NCBI GenBank assembly: GCA_965204035.1 | Contig: OZ241964.1 | Span: 1,167,933-1,231,932 of the forward strand | Reading direction: 5' to 3' | Length of the DNA: 64,000 nt | Source: Thermodesulfobacteriota bacterium | Lineage (GTDB): Bacteria; Desulfobacterota_D; UBA1144; Nemesobacterales; Nemesobacteraceae | Part shown: one piece after another, positions 54,805 through 64,000 of the stretch | How the letters are laid out: each line of letters opens with the position of its first letter | How positions within the stretch are numbered: the stretch's first letter is position 1 | Position numbers and translations under genes: made by a program | Notes under the pieces: model-generated | Database searches by the model: none | What the model saw: the letters and a program-made list of their open reading frames with translations, nothing else | Told to the model about the DNA's origin: nothing

Positions 54805-55824
54805 TTATACGAACTGCCTCAAAAACCTTACGTCGTTCTCAAAGAAAAGCCTTATGTCGTTTATTCCGTACTTAAGCATGGCGATTCTCTCAACTCCCAT
54901 GCCGAAGGCGAAACCCGAGTAGATGTCAGTGTTGTAGTTAACGCTTGAGAAAACCGCGGGGTCGACCATTCCGCATCCCATTATTTCAAGCCAGCCGGTA
55001 CCCTTGCATACCCTGCATCCGAGGCCGGAACATATCTGGCACTCTATGTCCACCTCGGCGCTGGGCTCGGTGAAGGGAAAGAAACTCGGGCGGAACCTGA
55101 CGTTCGTATTGTCGCCGAAAGTGAGCTTGACGAACTGGATGATGACGGATTTTAAGTTTCCGAAAGTTATCCCCTTGTCAACGAGAAGACCTTCTATCTG
55201 GTGGAACATGGGGGTGTGGGAAACGTCGCTGTCGCACCGGTAAACCTTTCCGGGAGCTATTATCTTCACGGGAGGCTGCTGGGTCTGCATGATCCGTATC
55301 TGAACCGGCGAGGTGTGGGTTCTCAAGACCATGTCGTCGGTTATGTAGAAAGTATCCTGCATGTCCCTCGCGGGGTGGTTTTTCGGTATGTTAAGCGCCT
55401 CGAAATTGTAGTAGTCAAGCTCGACCTCGGGACCCTCGGCTACCTCGAATCCCATCCTCTCAAAGTCATAGACGATGCGCTCCATCACCTGGGTTATGGG
55501 ATGCTTGGCCCCGACCGGCATTCCCCGGCCCGGAAGAGTGAAGTCGGTTGCATCCTCAAGGAGCTTTTCATTCATCACCCTGCGCTTTATCTCGTCGGAT
55601 TTTCTCTCGATCAGCTCCTCGATTTCCCCTTTGGTTCCGTTTATGAGAATGCCCGCCTCCCGGCGCTCGGAAGCGGGGAGGTCCTTCATGGATTTAAGAA
55701 GCTGAGTGAGAGACCCTTTCTTTCCGACGTAGCCTGCCTTCACCCTGAGAAGCTCGGCCTCCGTTGAGACCCCCTCAAGGTCAGAATCTATCTGGTTTCT
55801 TATCTGCTCTAGAGTTTCCTGCAT
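54805..55824 (-). CDS. pheS: Phenylalanine--tRNA ligase alpha subunit
   Basis: Class II aaRS motifs 2 and 3 (…FRPSFFPFTEPSAEVDI…, GFAFGMGVERIAMLKY). No pheT is adjacent. Confidence 0.95.
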   Translation of the reverse strand: MQETLEQIRNQIDSDLEGVSTEAELLRVKAGYVGKKGSLTQLLKSMKDLPASERREAGILINGTKGEIEELIERKSDEIKRRVMNEKLLEDATDFTLPGRGMPVGAKHPITQVMERIVYDFERMGFEVAEGPEVELDYYNFEALNIPKNHPARDMQDTFYITDDMVLRTHTSPVQIRIMQTQQPPVKIIAPGKVYRCDSDVSHTPMFHQIEGLLVDKGITFGNLKSVIIQFVKLTFGDNTNVRFRPSFFPFTEPSAEVDIECQICSGLGCRVCKGTGWLEIMGCGMVDPAVFSSVNYNTDIYSGFAFGMGVERIAMLKYGINDIRLFFENDVRFLRQFV

Positions 55825-55939
55825 GATGTGAACGAGTTATGTGTTTTCAGAAACAAAACGGGAAATATTTAACCGTTATGAGAGCGATTATCAAAGCGCG
55901 GAACCGGCTTTCGACGGGGCATCCGCCAAAGCGCGGCTT

Positions 55940-56851
55940 CTATATGGACTCCTTTCTTTTTCTCCAGTAGACCACGAAGGCGCTTGCCACGAAGATTGAC
56001 GAGTAGGTTCCTATAACGACCCCTACCATAAGGGTAAACGCGAAATCGTGTATTACCGAGCCGCCGAGGAAAAAGAGCGGCAGGAGCACTATGAACACCG
56101 TTATGGCCGTGAGCAGCGTACGCGAGAGCGTCTGACTTATTCCGTCGTTAACAAGCTCCCTGAAGCCTTTTTCGGGGAAATTCCCCATGTTCTCCCTTAT
56201 CCTGTCGAATATGACGATCGTGTCGTTAACCGAATAACCTATCACGGTCAGAAGCGCGGCCACGATCGCAAGGGTGAACTCCTTGTCCGCGAGCGATATG
56301 GCCCCGACAGTTATAAGGGTGTCGTGAATAAGGGCGATAACCGCCCCCACGGCAAAACCGAATTCAAACCTGAATACCAGGTAGGCAAGTATGCCTACGC
56401 ACGCGATCAGTATGGATAAAAGGGCCTTGGTTATGAGTTCCTTCCCCACCCTGGGACCTATGTAGTCTATTCTCTGGATGGAGGCTCCCTCAAAATCTTG
56501 TGACGTGGCAAAGAGGTCCTCTAGCTTTTTCTGAAAATCACCTATCTGGTCAAAGGTCGCAAGCTCCGGCGCAAACTGTATGAGGTGCTCGTTGTCGCCC
56601 GGAAGGCCGAAACGCTGAACCGATTCCGAGGGAAAACCGTTCTCGGCAAGCGTCCCCTTGAGGATGTTGGTATCAAGGCTCTTTGCGAGCTTTATATGTA
56701 TCTCCGTTCCGCCCGTGAACTCCACTCCCCAGTTAGGTCCCTGGTGGTACAGGAGGGAAGCGATGGAAATAACCGCAAGCGCGATGGAAATGCGCATCGC
56801 GCCCCCCATCTTGTCCACAAAATCGTAACTCAGTTTTCCTATAATCCGCAC
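55940..56851 (-). CDS. secF: Protein translocase subunit SecF
   Basis: Six TM helices and a SecD/SecF GSXL motif region. Directly downstream of secD. Confidence 0.9.
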   Translation of the reverse strand: MRIIGKLSYDFVDKMGGAMRISIALAVISIASLLYHQGPNWGVEFTGGTEIHIKLAKSLDTNILKGTLAENGFPSESVQRFGLPGDNEHLIQFAPELATFDQIGDFQKKLEDLFATSQDFEGASIQRIDYIGPRVGKELITKALLSILIACVGILAYLVFRFEFGFAVGAVIALIHDTLITVGAISLADKEFTLAIVAALLTVIGYSVNDTIVIFDRIRENMGNFPEKGFRELVNDGISQTLSRTLLTAITVFIVLLPLFFLGGSVIHDFAFTLMVGVVIGTYSSIFVASAFVVYWRKRKESI

Positions 56852-56861
56852 TCGCGCACCC

Positions 56862-58463
56862 TCAGATACTTACTTCCGTCAGTTTTTTGTCCCTGTAAAG
56901 CATGTTCGTAAAGACTCTCGCCACAATCAGATTGCTGAAAACGGTCGACACTATTCCGATTGAAAGCGTTGCCGCAAAACCCTTCACGGGGCCGGTGCCC
57001 AGCCAGAAAAGTATAAGCGCCGTAAGAAGCGTCGTGACGTTCGCGTCAAGTATGGTCCACACGGATCTCGCGTATCCCGTTTCAATCGAGTGAACCGCGG
57101 TTTTGCCCGCAACAAGTTCCTCTTTTATCCTCTCGAATATGATGATGTTTCCGTCAACCGCCATGCCGAGCGTAAGGACGAGCCCGGCTATGCCGGGAAG
57201 CGTAAGCGTAACGCCGAAAGCGGAGAGAAAGCCCATTATGAAAAGTATGTTGAGCACAAGCGCGGCGTTCGCTATAACGCCCTGACGCCTGTAGAAAAAG
57301 ACCATGAACGCCAGAACAAGTATGCCGCCGACGATCATGGAGAATCTCCCCTTCTCTATCGAGTCCTGCCCCAGGGAAGGACCCACGGTCCTTTCCTGCT
57401 CAACCCTCACGGGAACCGGAAGGGAGCCTGATCTCAGAATGAGCGCGAGGTCTTTTGCCTCCTCCGTGGTGAAAGTGCCGGTTATCGTGCCCTGGTAGGT
57501 TATCTTGTCCTGGATTGTGGGCGCTGATTTTATCACGCCGTCAAGAACTATCGCCAGACGTTCGCCGATGTTGGCCTCGGTAAGCTTTCCGAACTTGCTC
57601 GCGCCCTCTCCCCTGAACGTGAATCCGACCGCCGGGTTTCCGTAATTGTCAAACGTTATCCGGGCATCCGAGATATATTCCCCCGTCACGCTCGCAAGCT
57701 TCTCGGTCAGAAAGAACTTTTCGTTCTCGTTCCCGGTGTCTCCCTCGTGGATGACAAGGCCTTTTTCCGCAAGCTGCCTCTCGGTCCCGGCTTCGGCGGC
57801 GGCAAGCAGGTTCTCCCGCGTCGCCCCGACCGCCCTTACGATCTTGAATTCCAGAACGGCCGTCTTTTTGATCAGGTTGACTATTCTCTGTCTGTCTTTT
57901 TTGGAAGCGCCCGGCACCTGCACCAGGATCCTGTCGTCGCCTGATTTCTGTATGCTCGGCTCGACGAGGCCGAAATCCTTAACGCGGTTCTCTATTATGT
58001 GGCGGACTCTCTCTATGGAGTTTTGCTCAAGCTCGTCCACATAGGACGGTTTTATCGAGAGTGTGACCAGAAAGCCGTCGGAATCTATATCCGCCACCTT
58101 TTCAAACTCCTCGCGCGCGATCTCAAGCGCCTTGTCCATATTCGCGCCCGGGAAAAGGCCGATCGTGAGGGTTCCGTCCGAAACAGAGGAGTTCTTGACG
58201 AGAATCCTCCCCTCCCTGAATTTCGATACCAGCGCCTCCTCAACTATGAGCATTTCCTGCTCCACGCCCTCTTCGGTCTCTACTCCCAGGAGAAGAAATA
58301 TCCCTCCCTCAAGATCAAGCCCGAGGCTTATCCCCTTGCTTGAGAAAACCTTCCCCCACCACGAGGGAAGCTTGTCGCCCATGAAGGTAGGCGTAAGGAG
58401 TATTGCGCAGAGAAAAGAGAAAAGAAAGATAACGGTAATCCAAAGACGGGACACGCCTTTCAT
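56862..58463 (-). CDS. secD: Protein translocase subunit SecD
   Basis: Large periplasmic domain plus a C-terminal 6-TM bundle. Conserved order yajC-secD-secF. Confidence 0.9.
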   Translation of the reverse strand: MKGVSRLWITVIFLFSFLCAILLTPTFMGDKLPSWWGKVFSSKGISLGLDLEGGIFLLLGVETEEGVEQEMLIVEEALVSKFREGRILVKNSSVSDGTLTIGLFPGANMDKALEIAREEFEKVADIDSDGFLVTLSIKPSYVDELEQNSIERVRHIIENRVKDFGLVEPSIQKSGDDRILVQVPGASKKDRQRIVNLIKKTAVLEFKIVRAVGATRENLLAAAEAGTERQLAEKGLVIHEGDTGNENEKFFLTEKLASVTGEYISDARITFDNYGNPAVGFTFRGEGASKFGKLTEANIGERLAIVLDGVIKSAPTIQDKITYQGTITGTFTTEEAKDLALILRSGSLPVPVRVEQERTVGPSLGQDSIEKGRFSMIVGGILVLAFMVFFYRRQGVIANAALVLNILFIMGFLSAFGVTLTLPGIAGLVLTLGMAVDGNIIIFERIKEELVAGKTAVHSIETGYARSVWTILDANVTTLLTALILFWLGTGPVKGFAATLSIGIVSTVFSNLIVARVFTNMLYRDKKLTEVSI

Positions 58464-58467
58464 CTAA

Positions 58468-58845
58468 TCAGCCGCCCCCTTTGGATTTGCCTTCAGCGGC
58501 CCCGGAATCGGTCTTCTCCGAGATTCCGGAGCGGACCATCTTTATGTTGATGCCCTTGGCTATCTCGACCGTGAGGTCGTCCCCGTCAACGTTTATCACC
58601 CTGCCGTATATGCCCCCGGTGGTAACAATACCGTCGCCTCTTTTCACCTCGGCGAGCATCTTCTTGCGCTCGCGGCTCTGGCGCTGCTGGGGCCTTATGA
58701 TAAGAAAGTAAAAAAGGGCGAATATCAGAACGAACGGAAGTATGGCGGAGAACGGCGTCCCCCCCGATCCTCCCTGCCCGGTCCCGGGAGGCATGCATGA
58801 TAAAAGAAAAAGGGCTGAAGTAGCGACAAAAGCTAATCTTTTCAA
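58468..58845 (-). CDS. yajC: Preprotein translocase subunit YajC
   Basis: Single TM helix followed by the conserved RPQQ(R/K) and (E/G)(D/G)xV/ITxGGI motif. Upstream of secD. Confidence 0.8.
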   Translation of the reverse strand: MKRLAFVATSALFLLSCMPPGTGQGGSGGTPFSAILPFVLIFALFYFLIIRPQQRQSRERKKMLAEVKRGDGIVTTGGIYGRVINVDGDDLTVEIAKGINIKMVRSGISEKTDSGAAEGKSKGGG

Positions 58846-60776
<1,931 letters not shown>

Positions 60777-60777
60777 T

Positions 60778-61257
60778 CTAGCCTCCTCCGTTTCCGCCTT
60801 CGCCCTCCGGTCCGTAGCTGCAGTTCTCAATGCACTCGTCCTTCACTATCTTCCATTTCTTTTCGGGTATGGAGAGATCGTAGCGGTTTGTATATCTGGC
60901 CCTCTGACGCTTGTCTTCGCCCGGTTCCCTGTAGTCAACCTCCACTTCCGCGACCACTATGGCGGTATCCTTGAAAAGCTGGGTCGCCAGGACCCTGTAG
61001 TCAACTATCTTGATGTCATAGCGCTCGTAAAGAAGCTCGAACCTGCTCACGTACCCCTCGCGGTCCGAACTGAATATATGAATCTTGTCGTAAGCGGATT
61101 CAAAGTCCCGCTCCTTGAGCGCCTCGAGAAAAGAGCTGACGACGCTGGTGGCGGAAACCTTCGGTTGCGGCCTCCTCTGGTCCGAACCTCGCACAGGAAC
61201 GGCGCAGGAGGCAAAAAGAAGCAGCAATGGCAGAATGAAAAGATAGGATTTTCTCAT
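60778..61257 (-). CDS. Hypothetical lipoprotein
   Basis: Signal plus lipobox (LLFASC). 159 aa. No family recognised. Upstream of and contiguous with dapB. Confidence 0.5.
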   Translation of the reverse strand: MRKSYLFILPLLLLFASCAVPVRGSDQRRPQPKVSATSVVSSFLEALKERDFESAYDKIHIFSSDREGYVSRFELLYERYDIKIVDYRVLATQLFKDTAIVVAEVEVDYREPGEDKRQRARYTNRYDLSIPEKKWKIVKDECIENCSYGPEGEGGNGGG

Positions 61258-61452
61258 GGAGCGGAAACTGGGGGTCCTCTGAATGATCTAAGAAGTTAAA
61301 TGAGAAAAATGGTACAGGCAAGTTCCGGGAACATGCAACGCGGTTTTCTTTCCTCAAATGGCGGCGGTTGCGAATTGGAACCCGTTGCGGGTATCCTGCT
61401 TGGGGGAAAAAAAAACGGATACAGAGATAAAGAGGAAACTATCTTGAAAAGC

Positions 61453-62316
61453 ATGACGGGTTTCGCGGAATCATCCGTAAACACGGAAATCGGAAAGATC
61501 CTGGTGGACATGCGGTCTGAGAACCACAGGTTCCTTGACGTCAAGGCAAGCCTTCCCGAATCGTTGCTCCACATGGAGATGCCCATTGAGGACAGGCTGA
61601 AGAACTCTATTCAGAGGGGAAAGCTCCGCCTCAGGCTTTCCGTGCAGACGAACAAGAGGCAAAAGCAGCACTTATCAGAAAAAATTCTCCGGGAAAATCA
61701 CAGTTCCCTTAAAAGAGTCAGCTCGGCGCTGGGGCTTAAAACGGAGATAGGAATCGAGCACCTGCTCATGATGGAGAACTCCCTTGAAGGCCATGTCTCG
61801 CCCGAGATCTCAAGGGAGACGGAAGCCAGGATCAGGGAAACGGTCTCAAAAACCCTCGTAAAGTTCAACAGAAGCCGAGAGGTCGAGGGACGAAAACTTG
61901 AAAAAGCCATCCTCGGGCGCCTTGAGTCAATAAAGAAAACCGTTGTCTCCATAAAGAAGAAGCGAAAGGAATTCGTAAAAAAATCCGAGAAGAAGACGAA
62001 AGAGAAAATCGAGAAAATCTTCCCCTCAAAGCACAAGAACGACCCCATTATCTCCCAGGAGGCCGCGGCAATAGTCACGGAGAGAAGCGAGATTGACGAG
62101 GAAATCGTAAGGCTAGAGGCTCATATCTCAAAGTTCGGGAAAACCGCCAAGAAAAAGGGGGCAGTGGGAAAGGAGCTTGACTTTCTGGTCCAGGAAATGA
62201 ACAGGGAGGCGGGAACGATATCGGCGAAATGCAAGGACGCGGGGATCTCGCACCTTACCATAGGCGTACGCCTTGAACTCGAGAAAATACGGGAACAGAT
62301 TCAGAATATAGAGTAG
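61453..62316 (+). CDS. yicC: YicC-family stress-induced protein (YicC_N plus DUF1732)
   Basis: MTGFAES…RSENHRFLDVKASLPESL… matches the YicC N-terminus, and the C-terminus matches DUF1732. The ORF track's upstream extension (61300) is unlikely to be real. Confidence 0.85.
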   Translation: MTGFAESSVNTEIGKILVDMRSENHRFLDVKASLPESLLHMEMPIEDRLKNSIQRGKLRLRLSVQTNKRQKQHLSEKILRENHSSLKRVSSALGLKTEIGIEHLLMMENSLEGHVSPEISRETEARIRETVSKTLVKFNRSREVEGRKLEKAILGRLESIKKTVVSIKKKRKEFVKKSEKKTKEKIEKIFPSKHKNDPIISQEAAAIVTERSEIDEEIVRLEAHISKFGKTAKKKGAVGKELDFLVQEMNREAGTISAKCKDAGISHLTIGVRLELEKIREQIQNIE

Positions 62317-62496
62317 AGTCACGCCAGGGTCCGCTGTCGCGGGACGCAGCACCGGCAGAACGGCCCAAAAAACAGAGACCCCGATACGGAACCAGGCAAT
62401 TTCATTCCAGGCAATACACAGCCGCTCCCCTCGGCCTCAACTGCCTTGGCCGGGGCGCCGGCGCCGACAAGCAAGCCCGGAGGCCGGTTTTGCTCA

Positions 62497-62997
62497 CTAC
62501 TTCTCATAAACGCTGACCACCGGTCGGATTTTCGTTTTCCGAAGAGCTTGACGCGCAAGCTTCGTTCGCAGGTAAGCGGCGGAAGTATCCTCTCCTTTTC
62601 TTATGGCTTCCTGATGTTCTTTACCCTGGACCAAAACGCATTCCTTGCATCGGCTGGAAAGACCGACCGACCTGCAGGGGTCGGAATGGAATTCCGACAC
62701 GGGAAGTTTTCGCCAGCACCAGGAGCAGACGTGATGGCCACTGGCCTTGCGAGGATACTTGCGTCTCTCTCGCCGGTTCCTTTTTTTTGACCACCTGTTG
62801 TTAGACAGCAGCGGCGCTTCAGGATTGCTGTTGATCTGCCTTCCCCCAACATATCTGTTTATCGGTTTTTCAAGCTGCATGATCTGCTCTTTTTCTTCCC
62901 GGTCGGCAGCCCCCTGCTCGCGGCAGCGCGAGAGGATTTTCACAGTCGGCTTCATTATCAGAAGCTTGCTGTGTAAAATCGAATTGCATGGACTCAA
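62497..62997 (-). CDS. Questionable ORF: basic protein with a C-x2-C…C-x2-C zinc-ribbon-like motif
   Basis: The longest ORF in an otherwise gene-less high-GC stretch of about 1 kb. CSWCW…CKEC pattern. Both strands carry overlapping ORFs here, so this may be spurious. Confidence 0.2.
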   Translation of the reverse strand: MSPCNSILHSKLLIMKPTVKILSRCREQGAADREEKEQIMQLEKPINRYVGGRQINSNPEAPLLSNNRWSKKRNRRERRKYPRKASGHHVCSWCWRKLPVSEFHSDPCRSVGLSSRCKECVLVQGKEHQEAIRKGEDTSAAYLRTKLARQALRKTKIRPVVSVYEK

Positions 62998-63319
62998 TCT
63001 GCGATGTTGCGAGAGCCGGAGGGAAATCGGTTTTCTTGTTTGACCAACATAAGCTGACCCGTCAGGAAAGCTGATTTTATATATTTTTATAATTGGTTCG
63101 TCCTTCCCGCGCGGTGGATTGCCGAAGACGCATATTATTCCAATTTATAAAGCAATTTAAACATGATACGAAACAATTAGTCCTAGGAATTACCGATCGA
63201 TCCACCGTCCTGGACCCAGCGGGAATTTTTTGGGGACCGCCGCCAGCGGATCTTGCGAGAAAGTGTTTAGGGGCGGTGAAAAATCCTTTGCCGTCCCTGC
63301 AGACCCGGGACAAAAGACT

Positions 63320-63348
63320 TTGAAAAAACGACCCGGGCATGTTATAGT
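63320..63348 (+). promoter_or_regulatory. Near-consensus sigma70-type promoter TTGAAA-N17-TATAGT upstream of sucD
   Basis: Read directly from the sequence. A GGGAG RBS lies at about 63382-63386. Confidence 0.45.
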
Positions 63349-63396
63349 ACGCCCTCATTTGAAGAGCAATGAAACCCACCAGGGAGAACCGGGAAA

Positions 63397-64000
63397 ATAA
63401 GCATTCTTGTAAATAAAGACTCAAGAGTCCTCGTGCAGGGGATAACGGGAAGCGCCGGGCTTTTCCACGCAACCCAGTGCCGCGAATACGGAACCAATGT
63501 CGTTGGCGGCGTAACGCCCGGAAAAGGAGGAAGCAGCGTCGAGGGATTCCCGGTTTTCGACACCATGGATGAAGCCGTGCGGGAAACCGGAGCGGACGTC
63601 TCCCTTGTGTTCGTTCCAGCGGCGTTTGCGATGGATTCGATGCTCGAAGCCCTTGATTCAGGCGTCGGGCTCGTAATCTGCATAACCGAGGGAATACCCA
63701 CCCTGGACGTTGTAAGAGTAAAGGAGTATATGAGGGGTTCTGACTCAAAACTTGTGGGACCCAACTGCCCGGGCGTAATAACCCCCGGGGAGGCCAAGGT
63801 GGGAATAATGCCCGGGTACATTCATAAACCCGGAAGAGTGGGAATAATCTCAAGAAGCGGAACGCTTACCTACGAAGCCGTCTGGCAGCTTACCAACCTC
63901 GGCATAGGACAATCGACGTGCATAGGCATAGGCGGCGACCCCGTTATAGGGACCACGTTTATCGACGCGCTTTCCCTCTTTGAGAACGACCCTGACACAG
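63397..64000 (+). CDS. sucD: Succinate--CoA ligase [ADP-forming] subunit alpha (3' end beyond window); no canonical start codon (ATA in the Met position)
   Basis: The manual translation (I)[44 protein letters not shown]… aligns end-to-end with E. coli SucD. An in-frame TGA at 63370-63372 and the absence of ATG/GTG/TTG before 63400 leave ATA or ATT as the only start options. The ORF track does not list it. Confidence 0.9.
   Translation, partial: MSILVNKDSRVLVQGITGSAGLFHATQCREYGTNVVGGVTPGKGGSSVEGFPVFDTMDEAVRETGADVSLVFVPAAFAMDSMLEALDSGVGLVICITEGIPTLDVVRVKEYMRGSDSKLVGPNCPGVITPGEAKVGIMPGYIHKPGRVGIISRSGTLTYEAVWQLTNLGIGQSTCIGIGGDPVIGTTFIDALSLFENDPDT

Noticed and set aside
61300-61452. Upstream 51-aa extension of the yicC ORF
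   Set aside because: YicC homology starts at MTGFAES. The extension has no counterpart in YicC proteins, and a better RBS precedes the internal start.
63077-63853. 258-aa and 159-aa minus-strand ORFs at the window end
   Set aside because: They are antisense to sucD, which aligns end-to-end with known SucD on the plus strand.

Overview
This 64 kb window comes from a Gram-negative-type bacterial chromosome with roughly 55% GC. Core genes are densely packed: DNA repair and replication (polX, ligA, addAB, gyrB), translation (hisS, pheS, tgt, der, rlmB), protein export (secDF-yajC, tatA, tamB), a nuoG-nuoH pair, a DtxR-regulated metal ABC importer, an RND efflux pair, and trxA, dapB, dcd, yicC and sucD. 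Between these core genes sit several short segments of atypical composition that look horizontally acquired.

The most notable is a low-GC islet at about 25.8-31.0 kb between addB and an aspartase/fumarase gene. It carries a Doc toxin with a putative antitoxin, a truncated XRE-type antitoxin remnant, an IS1595-family transposase remnant, and an MmeI-like Type IIL restriction-modification gene. The restriction-modification gene is split into two ORFs exactly at a poly-C tract of at least 11 C, which suggests contingency-locus phase variation (or pseudogenisation).

Further islets include:
- an AT-rich COG3440-type HNH nuclease gene inserted directly after nuoH, next to a GC-rich DUF4143 AAA ATPase;
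- a 30%-GC cassette holding an orphan AbiEi-like antitoxin gene, with a perfect sigma70-type promoter and inverted repeats;
- an AT-rich secreted Cache-domain protein with a C-terminal sorting-signal-like tail, next to a roughly 68%-GC secreted protein of unknown function.

Other unusual points:
- both permeases of the metal ABC transporter carry C-terminal DtxR-like winged-helix extensions (YtgCR-like);
- sucD lacks both an upstream sucC and a canonical start codon (ATA occupies the Met position), and sits downstream of a near-consensus promoter;
- a 17-nt composite motif (ATACGA + ATTAGTCCTAGG) recurs in two distant intergenic regions;
- about 1 kb of roughly 58%-GC DNA between yicC and sucD has no convincing gene.

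One tRNA-Arg(CCT) is present. No CRISPR array or rRNA was found.
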